Below are positions 48,608 to 61,531 of a stretch of DNA of 64,000 bases, one piece after another. Under the pieces are notes generated by a model. That model was not told the origin of the DNA. It made no database searches and was given only the letters and a program-made list of their open reading frames with translations. Position numbers and translations under genes: made by a program. Origin of the DNA: Neoechinorhynchus agilis (Eukaryota > Animalia > Acanthocephala); NCBI GenBank assembly GCA_051530055.1, contig CM121342.1, positions 1,150,797-1,214,796 on the forward strand, given 5' to 3'. How positions within the stretch are numbered: the first letter of the stretch is position 1; every line of letters starts with the position of its first letter.

Positions 48608-50270
48608 AAAAATCTAAAGGACTATTGTTTATCGTTGTTGAGCATTAGGAAAAAGATCCGAAGGTTTGACTGCTTGATGGGACGAAGTGCGATTATTTAC
48701 GAGACTTAGCCCTAAATTACAGACCATTAACACCGATTTAGATTTAGTTGTTCTTAAACTTCACATTCGATTGAAGTCTACGATAATTTGAAGTCATTTT
48801 AAGTCGAACATCGTATAGAAAATCTCCTCTCACATTAGTTTTTTATTCAAATGTTTTATAAAGCTACATTTGTATTAATCATAGTGATCTTGCTCCTGTC
48901 TTTTCATTTCGTGTTATAGAAGATGTCCAATTGTAGCTTTTGCGCGTCTTGTAAGATAAAAGTAGAGCCTTGCTAACTCTGTGCTAAATTTTTTAAGCTT
49001 CGAAGTGTTTAAACAATAAATGCCATTATTCGAATATATTATCCTAGTATATTCAGTTGTAGTATTAAAAACAATATTTTTCCTATCAAATGAAAAAATT
49101 AGTGTTGCTTAAATAAAATGGCTTCTAAAGTTGCACGTTGTTGGATGGCTTGACAACTCCGTTTGGAAGATCTTATAAATGCGGTTGCGTAAGATTTTTA
49201 GTTTTAATTTTAAATGTTTTAGGATTTTCTTCATTGGAAACAATATTTTGAGAATTATTTTTAAAAATATAGACATACCAAAAACATGACAATAGCATGT
49301 CAAATATATTTTCACAAACACTCTTTCTTATTCAATACTAAATTCGACAAATTTTCAGATGTGTGAAATTTCCTTCTTGCAAAGAAAATAATCAACAAAC
49401 TTTAATTTTGCTTAACATCTAAGACGAGTGTTCATTTCTTATTTTTGAAATCGAATGGCAATCGCTCTACGCTTTACAAAGTCGATCGCAATAATTGCAA
49501 AAAGCATTTGTACTATTACCTTGAACTTCATAACTCGAGCATGTCTGTGATCAAGGCCACTAAAAGTGTCCTTGTTTGTACGCTCAATATCTCGGTATTG
49601 TTAGCACATTAAATAGTCTATCTCCGCACAAATAGCGCAATCTTTTGTTGTCAGTCTGGAAAGACAGGTTTGAACTGTCATTACTGATGGAAACCAACTG
49701 CGAAGATAAGTGATTAAGGCGATAATAAAATTATCAAAAAGAAACATGCATTTATCCCGGTTTAAATTCAATTTCGATGAATAATCTCAATTTAATAATA
49801 GAATTGTTTCATTCTATATAAATCGCAGGTTGTCTAATTTTTTAAAGGTTGATATTTTTAATTTTTCTACAAATAAATAATTTATTGCTTTATTTATACC
49901 ATATCAAAAGTTCGATCTTTTCTGAAAATTAAGGACTATCTCTTCCAATAAATGGACGTAATTAAATCCGCCAAAAAGATAGGTAAAAGCGAAATAATTA
50001 AATGTGACATTGATGGAATCAGAAGTAAAACAGCTAGGGCTTAACACATTTGCAGTAATGTTCAAAAGATCTTGTTTTTAAAGCAAAATACACAAGAGTA
50101 AATGATTTAGCCAGAAAATAGCAAAAGTCATCTCACGACACAAATCAAGGCCCAATATAAAGATGTTTTGACATTTTCATATTCAGCGAACAAAGCAAAT
50201 CACAAACGAACTCTCGCACGTGGTTGCACACTCGATTGTGATTGCCTCGTTCGCCAGTACCGCATTTCGT

Positions 50271-51892
50271 TTATCCATTCGAGGGTTGTACGAGTAGTTT
50301 TGAATTCGGAATCTCAGCAGTAGCCGTTGTAGCTTTTTTCAACTCCGCAGTAGAGGTATCCGTATCATCCGTTGAGGCCGTTGTAGTCACCGGGGCAGTT
50401 TCCGTCATTTGGGCAATAGGAATCATTTCCATTGGGAGAATATAGTTATACGTTGGCAGAGTTGACCGATGTTGAACTATCCTAGTAATCATGTCCTGGT
50501 CGATGCATGGCGTGATATATAATCCGGACGGTGGAGGAATTCCTCCAGGTGTAGAACAGCCCAATACGCTGCATATCATATTGAAGCTGAATGGTCGGCA
50601 GAGGAGTACAAAGATTCGAGTTTGACCCAACTGAGTTAGGTCAGTTACCGGACCATCCACAGTACCAAAGAATAGGATTTTGAGCGCCCATTGACCAAAC
50701 ACACTAGCAACCATCGATCTACCGACATAGACGGTTTGTTCCGGTGGCAAACCGGAAATAATTTCAACGGCGATTACCGTCATATCTGGCGTTGCTTGAA
50801 CGGGGAGTGGGGCGGGAATCATGAGTTGATGGAATAATCGATTAGGCCATCGGTAAGGTGTCGGTTGACTGTTAATTATGGGGATGTGGTTAGGTGTTGC
50901 TCCTGGTGCAACGGTGCTTCCGTACAGCATTGGGTTATTGTAGAATAGATACGGATAAAAATTGTGAATGTTTTGTGTGACGGCAGGCGTCTGATTGCCG
51001 TTATCTTGCTGGTATGCGGTAGATGAGCAGAGGCCAAGTCGCTCTATGCCATTTGTTATCATATCAAGATACGTTCCTGGCATTGTTCTCACGGAGGACG
51101 AAATCAACTGAGGGAATCCATTTGAACCTTAACTACGTGCACGTTTTTAGATTTTGAAATAATAAATATAGAAAAGTATTTAGAAAAAGAGGTTTTGAAA
51201 AAATATGGCCAACTTGCCCAACACCACAATTTTCCTACCTGGATTAACCTGTAGCGACCGTCTTGATCGCGTATAGGATAGTTCAACCGGTCTTTAGCGG
51301 AGATCGACGACAGACCCACCCTCGTCGATTTCAGCCGCGTAGAGGTTTCGCTTCGGTATTTCCGGTTTTCAAATACTCGTTTTTCTCCAAGAATTCCATC
51401 CTGGTCTTCACTTGTTTGTTCAAAACTTTCCGGACTCTGGTGCCTTATTCCGTTAAACTTCCTAGGCCTGAAAATGGTGGATCCAGCACTATCAAGCCCA
51501 CTATTATCCGAGACGGGACTTGTGTCAGTTGCGAGGTCCTTGAAAGAAGTCTCGGGTATGCGGGTTTGTTTCGTCCGGCTGACGATGACGATTTGCCCGG
51601 TCTGATCGACATTATGGTCCAGGCCGAAATATGCGGCAACTCGATGAACCAGCATTCGTTGATAGGAGCTCATTGGACTGAATGCGTAGAATGGTCGATC
51701 GTTGTTGATTATAAAAGCAAGCATTTCCCGCTCGAGCGCCATGATGAAATTCCGATCCTTCGGATGTTTCTGAATTGTTTGCCTTATAAATTCCTCCGTG
51801 TCTACGCCCTGGTGATCCCGATACTGTCTTCGGTTTGTATCTTGATCAATATCAGAGCCGTTGGACGTGGCAGCAACGACCGACTTGCTCAT
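50271..51892 (-). CDS. R3H-domain RNA-binding protein (R3HDM/ARPP21/encore-like), two exons
   Basis: KDRNFIMALE..FSPMSSYQRMLVHRVAAYFGLDHNVDQTG..VIV..TKQTRIPE; in-frame intron 51108-51238 (cag|gtagg...ctcag|ttg) joins the two ORFs. Confidence 0.88.
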
Positions 51893-54878
51893 CTAGACTT
51901 CGGAGGTTTGAAGAGCGGGCAACGGGACTGGTAACGGAACAAATTAAAGAAAAGTTCATCGCCGTAAGGAGCGGTGTGTGGGAGGTGGTGGAGGAGATAT
52001 GTGTCGAAAAAAGAGCTTTTCTCGATTCGTAAGCGTGAGTCTCGTTGTATATGATGTGTCAAAGACATGCGTGCGGAAAAAGATTGCAAGGATGGAAATA
52101 GACGTAGACAACGATGAGGAAGAGTAGAAGAAGGAGACCTACACGGTCTCCCATTCGTACAAAAGAAGAGATAGATCGAGTGCAATGCTTGTTGTTGCAT
52201 GCGCTGCGTGCAATATCTGTCTTTTAATGGTTGGTTCCAAAGCCCAATAAATTTAGTACCTTTTAAAATTAAAAAAAATTATTTTTTCCCGTTAAGCCAA
52301 TCACGGTTATCTCTTGTGCTTTTTACGCGCGACCTTCGCGTAACCGTATTGGCTACAGCAGTTTTGCTTTTTCTCCTAATGGCCGCATGTTTTCTAAAGA
52401 GGCTCTGCCAATAATAGGAAACAAGACTTTTGACATGTGTAGCTAAAATGTACGATGCTCGAGAGTATCGAATACGGAGTGAGCGAGAGACAAAGTGAGC
52501 GAAACGAAAAGGGCTCCCGGCTTGCCTTTCGTTTTGTTAAAAAAAATGCTTTTCGACGCTCTAAACGCGATGCACGCACAACTCACACTCCTGTAGCGTC
52601 ATCACTTTTGAAGAACAATAGTAAAAATTAAAAGATTAAAGCTAATTGTCATTATCGTAAATTCAGATATCGAATAATATCTAATTAAATTGCTTAAAAC
52701 TTTTTAAAAATAGAAGATTCTATCGCACAACAAATAATATTTACCACAAGAAGTCTAAATCCTCGAAAGGAAAATATCGATAAATTGTTGATTTCCCACC
52801 AGACGGCTCTTACATCATTTGTAAGATGGCACATCTTCTGGGAATTAGTTTGACATTCTTATGCCATAATAAGATCCTGGACTTGGAAATGGCACCTAAG
52901 AATCTTTATCAGAATTTTTTTAAAGTCGTAACCGACATGAATCGCATCGCAAAATGTAAGGGAGAGTTCAATAAAATGATTTGTTGCAACGTTTTGTGAA
53001 TTTGTAAAGGAAAATTTTTTGGAAAAAAAGAAACCCCCATGTATTTTACAGAATTTTTAGAGAGACTGTCATGCTTTATCTAAAGGTTTTCCGTTTTTGG
53101 GTTGTTAACGTGTGTAGGTAAAACACGACAAAATTCCACTTTCCGCCCAAAATAACACGGTTTGTAGACGTAAAACGCGGTGGATATTTTTTTAGGGAGA
53201 TGGCGCAAGAAGGCAAATGTTATCAAAAAGTCAAAAAAAGCTTTTCAGTGTGTTTGAGCTTAACGAACGATAACCTTGACTGAAAGTTTCTCGCTCAAAC
53301 ATTTTGTCAAATACTCTTCAAAGAAATACAAATCTGATCGAATTATACATTGAAAATAATACGGATAACGACTTTGTTGACAAAGAAGCGACTCAAAGTA
53401 AGCATTTTGCAATTTCTAGAAAGAAAATGTTAAGAAATTTTTTGTCCGGTTTGGCTAAGGGAAATCTTTTCGAGAAAAATTAACAATCTTATAACTTTCA
53501 ATAATCAGTTTTGGCGTATACCAAATTTTGTAAGAAATCGTGGTAATCAACAGGAAAATTACAAAACAAGAAAATTTCAAGGTTTAAATTTTAGAATCTG
53601 CAAATTATCTTCTTGTGGCTCAGCCGGTTTACGTAATAAAACAACAAATGAACTCCGGCTACATAACGCCTGTTTTCGAGAAAGCAGCAAGACTGTTTAA
53701 AAAACGGAAAATAATATAATCTGTAATTTTATAATTAAGGCGATTTAAGATACATGCTCACTCTCATTTTAAATATTAAACTAAGATAATAAATTCCACG
53801 GGCGTTGCAGTCAAAATAGAAAGGCATACAAATTTCCATTGAGGCAATAAAATCCATTTCGTATAGCAGACTTTGAGAAACAAGCTATTATCTGACACAC
53901 AGAGACGAGGGAAAGTTTTATGATAACAGTTTCTACAATCTTCATCTTATCCGATTCTACCCTCACCATTACCGGACAATGGTTCGACGAGCTCATGTCA
54001 AAAAATAGTTAGCTTTTCCTAAATTCGCGACAGTAGTAAGCCTTTAAAGTGAATCAAATTTGTACTTTAGTTGGGCAAAGTAAACTTAAGAAGTGTTTTG
54101 ATTAAAATCTGTTGCTTGATTTTATAATTGACCAATAGGAATGTACGATTGGTTTATTTTACTGCCACGTTTCATAAAAAATATCATTCTCAGGTATCTT
54201 AAAAATTAAAGCTCTTTATAGAATTCAGTATTGCAAACCCCATAAAACTAAAAAAAGGACTTCAAAAGACTATCCAAGAATATGGACAAACCTTTACAAA
54301 CTGCTGCACTAGATGCGGTAGTAAGATGCTTTTCGTAGTACCCCAGCTACAGCACTTTATTATACACCCATCCTTATTATGCTCACGGTAACGAGTGCTT
54401 TTCTATTTGCTAAAGCGAATCGCATTGCATCGTATGCACATTCCCAATCGCTAGGTGATTTAGAAAAATATTAAAAGACATGTAAGAATTTAATCGGAAA
54501 AACAGTGACGAAAGGCGCTAATAATCAAAAAGTTCGAACTCGTTTTTGGTCATGCCTGAAAGGACGAAGGTTTTGCGAACCGTTCATGTATTTTCCATTT
54601 CAACGTTTTGTTCATTAAATTAATTCTATTAAAATTCCAATACTGATAAATCGCCTCTCCAATATATTTTAAGTTAATAAACATTCTACAGCAAAAATCC
54701 GAAAAATTGAAAATAAAGAAGTTTTCATAAAGATTGTTTTTAAGCTAGATGGCGCCAACAAGTTAAAAATCAGCTGGTAACAATACCTTCGCCATTCTTA
54801 TACTCAAAACGATTCAAACGGTAGAGAAAAAGAATCGTTTTCATTTTTTTTATCGAAAAGATCTAACATTTTTCTGTT

Positions 54879-55514
54879 TCACCTCGTATTTGCTGAACGG
54901 ATCATCCTTAATGCATGTAATACATTATCCCTTTCGATCGTTTCTCCACGGGCCACTTGAAATTCCTCAATCGCTTCATCAGCCGTCAGTCCTGTAACCT
55001 CAATCAAATATCGGCAAATCAAGTACCCGGTTCGATTTCTTCCATGCGTACAATGAACGCCAATCAGGTTCCGATGATGAGAATGAGGCTGAATTGTACG
55101 GATACGTCGCATCTCAACATCAATCACCCTCTTAAACTCTCGATAAGCATGTTGATTCGGCATATAATTAGGTCCACCAAGGCAAGCGATTCTTGTATAG
55201 CCGATTCCACGCGGGGAAAGTTCGAGATGCGGACGATAAAACTTGAGTGATTGGGTTAGATCGATAACGTGAATCAGACGTGCGTTATAGTTATGATCGA
55301 GAAAAGCGATAAGATGGTCGAAATTAAATCGCGACTGTTCTGGGATCCTATGATTACGAACAGGAACTTTAAATGGAACGATTGGTAACGTTTTAAGCGG
55401 TGCATTCACCGGTAAGTGTCGTATCCAATCTTTAGGATGTTTACTTAACCTTCCAGCGAAATATTCTCTTGACTCGACATCGTTTGAACGTTCGTTTGCA
55501 ACTGAAGAATACAT
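54879..55514 (-). CDS. DUSP11: DUSP11/PIR1-like RNA 5'-phosphatase (cysteine phosphatase fold)
   Basis: IVPFKVP, VIDLT, GVHCTHGRNRTGYLICRYLIE, AIEEFQVARGETIER; no guanylyltransferase domain follows. Confidence 0.8.
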   Translation of the reverse strand: MYSSVANERSNDVESREYFAGRLSKHPKDWIRHLPVNAPLKTLPIVPFKVPVRNHRIPEQSRFNFDHLIAFLDHNYNARLIHVIDLTQSLKFYRPHLELSPRGIGYTRIACLGGPNYMPNQHAYREFKRVIDVEMRRIRTIQPHSHHRNLIGVHCTHGRNRTGYLICRYLIEVTGLTADEAIEEFQVARGETIERDNVLHALRMIRSANTR

Positions 55515-55627
55515 TGTTCGAGAATTGGATCTAAAATAAAGTATAAGTCCTAAAAAAAGGAATCTCTAAGAAAACGTTGAATAGAGGGAAAAGGGATATA
55601 TTGCCTCGCCGATTGGATTGATTTATA

Positions 55628-55826
55628 GAGATGTGTGGTGATCATAATCCCACGGATAGAAAATATTTTATTGACTTGAGATATTTTGCTCCTCGCCTCA
55701 TTAGTCATCGAAAAAAATTTAGTTTTTGTTTGTTGAATGACTTCGGAGACCGTACGTCCTATGGTACCCTACTCGCAAAATATTGCAATAGGATATTTTC
55801 TATCCAGGAAATTATGATCACCACAC
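55628..55826. mobile_element. Palindromic element of the HHR-like family (degenerate cores)
   Basis: gtgtggtgatcataat..gatagaaaatat..ttattg mirrored by caata..atattttctatcc..attatgatcaccacac. Confidence 0.7.
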
Positions 55827-55931
55827 GACTAAATATTTTGATTTCAAGACTAAATATCGTGATTTCAAGACTAAATATTTTGATTTCAAGACTAAATATC
55901 GTGATTTCAAGACTAAATATTTTGATTTCAG
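55827..55931. repeat. 21-bp tandem repeat x5, alternating A/B variants
   Basis: gactaaatattttgatttcaa / gactaaatatcgtgatttcaa in the order A-B-A-B-A. Confidence 0.95.
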
Positions 55932-56403
55932 GAGTACATATATTTTACTTAGAAATAATAAAAAATAATTTCATAGTTTTTATTCACAACAAAGTACCTC
56001 ATGCGCTCTGTTTCAAAATGCTGGGTAGTAGTTGTTCAAGTCTCCACCACTCATCATTCCTAATACAACTTCAATGTTTCAAGAGAGTGCAGTTGTAGTA
56101 GCTCTCAGCCTGATTGTGCATTCAAGTGAGCTTTTCAGCGTTCCCAAAAACGTTCTCAATAGGATTTAAGCGTCAGGTGGATAACCTGGAAGATATTGCA
56201 CTCAATTCCATAACCATTACAAGCTTCTACTACTGAAGCGGCTTGTCGTCCCGGCTTGTAATAGGATATCCGTATTTGATGGACGTATGCAGGTTGAAGC
56301 CTGACTCATCCAAAAAAAGTTGCTTCTGCTAGTGCACGCCAGGACCTTACTGCGAAATTCGACTAATCAACCACAGGCACTGTATTCCATCGCTTTATTC
56401 CCT

Positions 56404-56623
56404 CAGAAAACGTTGAATAGAGGAAAAAGGGACGTACGGTCCCCACCGATAGAAAATATTTTATTGACTTGAGATATTTTGCTCCTCGCCTCATTAGTCA
56501 TCTAAAATGGTTTTAGTTGTTTTGTGTTGTATGGCTCAGCACCATTCCCGAGATTCGGAGACTCTCGCAAAATATTGCAATAAAATATTTTCTATCCGAG
56601 GATTTATGATCACCACACATCTC
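56404..56623. mobile_element. Second nearby copy of the same palindromic element, with a shared one-sided extension
   Basis: Left arm identical to 55655-55710 over ~55 bp; shared flank gaaaacgttgaatagagg.aaaaggga (55571 and 56406). Confidence 0.7.
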
Positions 56624-57384
56624 CAACTTTATCATTCCAAAGGACTTTTTCTTGATGATTAATTGATATAGCTTTCGACCGAAAATAATAACAATCAAAA
56701 AGCCTAACAATCTTGCTCATTGTTTAAAAATTGCTTTTTCAAAATTTGGTTTTAATGTTTTATAAATGTGATAAAGTGCCAAAAACGAGAAATGTTGTTC
56801 TCTTTAAATAAAGGTCTCCTATTATCAATTTAGCTTAATAATTAAGGACGAACCAATAGATTTTTATTTTCTGAGATAAAAATTTAATAGTTCAAATCTT
56901 CTTTAAGTAAATCGACACATATAAATGAAAAACAACTCTTGTGCTCTAAAATTTACCTAAATTAAAACACTCGTTTAGAAAATAGACCGAAGGGTAAAAT
57001 ACGAGAAAGTCATTCCTAAAGAAACTTTATTTTTCTTATGATTTAAAATATGAACTTAAATGGTCTCTGCAAATATTACTATTTTTATTATGAATAAATG
57101 ATGAACACTAATTTGTGCATCTTAGACTCTGAAAATTTTAAACTTTCCTTAAAAATACTAAAATAATCTAAACGTTCATACTGCAAATAAAAACGTTGAG
57201 ATATCAAGAAACAAATCGAATTATTTTTTACAGCAGAACTAGAAAAAAAATTAACATCAATAACTTTCGTAACGACATCGATGACGTATATAAAATGACA
57301 GTAATGGGTAAAAAATATGAGCTGCAAGAATTGTAAATGCGTCATTTTTTCAACCGACGGTTCATATAAATGTCATGAAATCAT

Positions 57385-57560
57385 TAACACCACCGCCCTG
57401 GATCACTCAGCTTCTTCCCTGGTGTAACGGTTGAAAAGACTGATGCAGCGCTCCATCCCGTTGCACAGATTAATGTTTTGTAGGAGGAATGCTCGTGATC
57501 TCGGATCGCCAGTGATCCGTATCAATCTCTCGGACAATTGCTTGACCCGAGCGTCGCCTT
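57385..57560 (-). mobile_element. CRE 3'-end fragment
   Basis: Homologous to 24580-24740 (ggatcactcagc..., gatcgccagtgatccgtatcaatct). Confidence 0.75.
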
Positions 57561-57944
57561 TTGAGAAATGTTGACATTTAACCTCATTTAAGAATTGACT
57601 ATAGCCCGAAATGCAAAATTATATATATTTAATTGTCCACTAAACGTTAAGCTAAACTAATAGAGTCCAAAATCAAGATGCGAGAAATTCTTTCTTCAAC
57701 ACCAAAATAATATTTTCCATCCAAAATCCAAAATACTAAAATTTTACGTTTTTCCCCATTTTTTGATTGCAATCGAGTTTTTGATAAGCAGCATTTCCTT
57801 TATCTACTTTAATTATTCAAACTTTTGTTTCAGATTTTCAAATTTCATTTGCTTAAAATAGGTGCAATGATTAAATTGATATGTCAAATTCAATATTCCT
57901 TTTAATTGACATGAAATCAACGCTTCCCGTTTTGGGCTTTTTGA

Positions 57945-59615
57945 CATCCCAGGGTTATTGCTCGCGACAAACTAAATCTTTATTAACAAACTTACCTTTG
58001 CCAAATAATTACTACTTCAGGATTGTTCAGATTTCGTTCTAAACTGATGGCAGATCCACTGGCTGTCTTCTTATCTTCCCAATCGCCAACAATACATTCA
58101 CTGACGCTCTACCTCCTCGATGATTAGCCTATCCCTCACAAAAGTCGTATCTCACGGTGCCACCCTGTCACTCATTCTTTTTTTATTTACTTATGCCGGC
58201 GATTTCACTATCATCACTCAATCACCTCTCCCTCTCATTAACCTCTAACGAAATCACCCACAAAAGATTTCTGCCACAATCACAAACTCCACCTGAATTT
58301 CTCTAAATCTTCAAGATGATCACCTCAATCTACCTTAACCCCACGTCTTATCCCAAGCTTCCAAATGACATCCTACGAGTTACCTACCTCAGAATTCTAA
58401 GTCTCAAATTTCATCAAATCATAAATGGGATTCGCACATCACTCCCCCCCAAGAAATTTACCGCCTCCGCCATTTTTGAGTCCCTTTCCAAATTTTACTT
58501 AAACTTTATTTTACCCTCCCTCACCTACGGTTATCCCGCCTTCTGCAACCTATTCAAATCCGTCGCCTTGAAACGTTTCACGGAGAAGAGTCTCTAAAAT
58601 TTGCACAGTTCATTTTCCCCCTTTCACCGAATGCCTTTATAAAATTTTCAAGACCTATCAGAACTCGTGTGTTCGCGAGATCGAGTGTTCACGAGGATTC
58701 AGAGGTACATTGTTCCCCTTCTATATTCAGTAATAAAACTTGTTATTATGATGGGAAGGTTGGCGCGTATGGTCGACCAATTTGCAGGAGCCGAGTTGAT
58801 TCCGAAAAGATGAAGCAAACTATCGTGAAGGATTTTCAGAACCTGTCACCGGGGATAGAATTTATAACTTTAGACCGGTTGAGTCTTCTAGGAAGCTGCG
58901 TTTTTGGTTCTAACGTTGAAGCAGAGATTGCCAATCTTCAACCGCAACTTTCGGTGCTGTGCGGACGAATTAATGAATTATCTTCACACGACGCTCTGTT
59001 CCTGATCAAGAACATCCTCTTCATTCCAAAATTGCTGTATAAGCTGCGTACAGCACTTTTTAGACATAAGGATAAGCTGGCAAAATTAGACAGGACGGTT
59101 TTAAATACTCAGCTGTCGGATGAGGCCTTGCGTCAAGCCTCCTTGCCTGTGTCGTCCGGCGGTTTGGGTGTCCGAAAAGCAGCCGATATTTCTCTGCCAG
59201 CTTATTTGGGATCGTATGAAGCAAGCCGCAAAGTAGTTGAATCCGTTCTTGCCGGGAATTACACTTTGGATGAAGATTTCGTGGAGGCTCCTGATCTTTG
59301 GTGTGGAAATTCAGGTAGCGAGCAGGTCCCCGTCAGTGGTTGCAAACAATCAGTTTGGGACTCATCCCTGATAGCGAGAATTCATAACTCTTTAATTTCA
59401 GAATCTCGTGACCTGGTGAACCGAAATCGATTGGGGCAGTCTCTAGTAGAGAATTGGGTGATTGACTTAACACTATCCCAATCGCTTCTGTGGGCACCCT
59501 TCTCTCCGACGAGACAGTAAGGATTGCAGTGTAACGAAGACTTGGGGGACCGATGTGCACATCCCACCGCTACCGTTGCGTAGGGACCGTGGAACCATCA
59601 GCGCCTTATGGTCTG
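57945..59615 (+). mobile_element. Composite of a degenerate LINE fragment and a CRE fragment
   Basis: 57945-58910 near-identical to 11094-12059; followed by CRE RT C-terminal motifs up to the zinc-knuckle region. Confidence 0.85.
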
Positions 59616-59619
59616 GTCT

Positions 59620-61531
59620 GTCGGTAGCAGTTCTCTCGATCAAATGTGCTGTATTTTTGCTCCGGCTTTTGTAGTTGACGACTAAGAGACGCAAGCGGCT
59701 TCCAGATACCCGAGATCTTCTGTTGGAGAACGGTCTCTACAGCGTAATCGGAAGCGTCCGTTGTTATTGCTATTGGTGCATTTTAGCAAGGTGAGTGAGC
59801 ATCGTGGTGTCTACTAATGCTCTCTTCGTATCTTTGAAAGCTTCATTCATCTCCTGAGTCCATCGAAATACCCTTTTCGGAGGATTTCCTGATAAAGCCT
59901 GATAAAATGGGCACAGCAACTTCGTAGCCACCGGAACGAAGCGATGGTAGAAATTTACCATCCCTACGAATTTCCGTAGGACCTTTACCGTCGATCTTCA
60001 TGGGAATCGTACTTTCCTCGCTCGATGACCGAGGAAATCGAAAACATTTGCGCCGTTCCACTAGACGAACGAATAGGGTTTTCAGGTCCCGCAGATGGTC
60101 AGATTCGTTGTGGCTTGCGAGGAGGATATCGTCGAGGTAGACGACGGCAAATTCGAGGCCAGAGCAGACAGTGTCCATCAGCCGTTAGGAGGTTTGTATG
60201 GCATTTTTGAGGCCGAAAAGCATTCGTAAAAACTCAAACAAACCGAACGGCATTATGATAGCTCGCTTAGGTATGTCCTGCTCGGTGACCAGAGTCCAAT
60301 GGTAGCCACGAAACAAACCGACCTTCGAAATTATCGTTCGTCCGAAAGGTTGAGCAGGGAATTCTTTAATGTGAGGGACTCGATACATATCGGGAGTCGT
60401 GACTTCGTTCAAGCGACGATAATCACCGCAGGTCTCTATCCGTCATCTGATACACCCACTGGCTGTCCAGGATTCTCTTGTAAGGTGCAATAACTGGGCT
60501 TGATGTTTCGAAGTGTGCTACGTTGAATCCGATTTTGGTCGAGCAAAGGTTCGTTCTGTTGTACGTTTCGGGATCGATTAAGTGCTTCCTGCGCACGTCG
60601 ACGAGAAATCCGGCCCATCGGAGGAAATCGGCACCCAGTAAAGGTTGTCGTACAGATGCCATGAGGAATTTCCAACTTACTCTTCTACTTCCCAACTGCA
60701 GCTCTACCATTCTGGTTCCAAATGTGTGAATGAATGAGCCACAGGCAGCTGTGAGTGTTAGGCTTTGCGCACTTGTTGACTTTTCAGCCATCGACGCCGG
60801 CATAACGTTCAATCCTACGGTCACGGAGGTAGAATAAACTATTTATTTCTTTAACATTACTAGTCGATGCACCTTGTGTCATTGAGCACGTTGATCGCCT
60901 GGCCTTGTCCCCATATCGTCGATGGTTGAAGCACATCTCCGCTCGTTTCTTTTTAGGTTCTTGGATCGCTACCGCAGTGGGTTCCTTAGCATTCCATAGG
61001 TCGTCGGCTGCTTGTGCTGGCTTCCGTGGATCCGTTATCTTGGCGTGCACTAGGACGGTTCGTAAATCTTCGGGATAGCCACTCCATGAAAATTTGTAGG
61101 AAAAGAAAACATACGGGTGTTTCTCGAGATAGCTGAGCATCTTGTCCATCAACTTCGATGGCTTGGAGTTCCTCTATGTGGAGAATGCGACTGGCACGTT
61201 GATACTCAGCGAGAAGTGCTCCGTATTCGTTTTGTTGAGGTAGAGTTTCGGGCAAATCGATCCATCATCCGGCGGTATCCTGGTGGATGACTGCAATCAC
61301 ATGATAGAATTTTGTTTCATTCGCTGTGATATTCCGAAGGACGCATTGAGCTTCGAGGTTGATGAGTCCAGAATGGAGGCATATTCAGGCTCCACCGCTT
61401 CAAAATACGCCCACATCTTTTCGGGGTCAACAATGTTGCCGTTGTGACCGAAAAAACCAATTTTATTATTCAACGGTCTACCAACCCTCTATATGCACGC
61501 TGACCGATGGGCCTCTGGCGCCATCATTACA
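59620..61531 (-). mobile_element. Decayed Ty3/Gypsy LTR retrotransposon (gag-protease-RT-RNaseH; CsRn1-like)
   Basis: MCFNHRRYG knuckle; protease LTAACGSFIHTFGTR..PLLGADFL; RT TPDMYRVPHI, FGLFEFLRMLFGLKNA, VYLDDILLAS, NFYHRFVP; RNaseH TDASDYAV..KYSTFDRE; Trp-tRNA-like PBS tgttgaccccga (61421-61432); TG..CA-bounded putative LTR 61434-61531. Confidence 0.9.

Noticed and set aside
50271-51892. Two same-strand ORFs overlapping by 4 bp, suggesting a prokaryote-like operon
   Set aside because: Explained by one 131-nt GT-AG intron joining them in frame.
53811-53996. SSNHCPV resembling the SDHCPV motif of AP endonucleases
   Set aside because: Single short motif with no other endonuclease motifs found nearby.
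55827-55931. CRISPR-like array
   Set aside because: Contiguous repeats without unique spacers, eukaryotic context, no cas genes.
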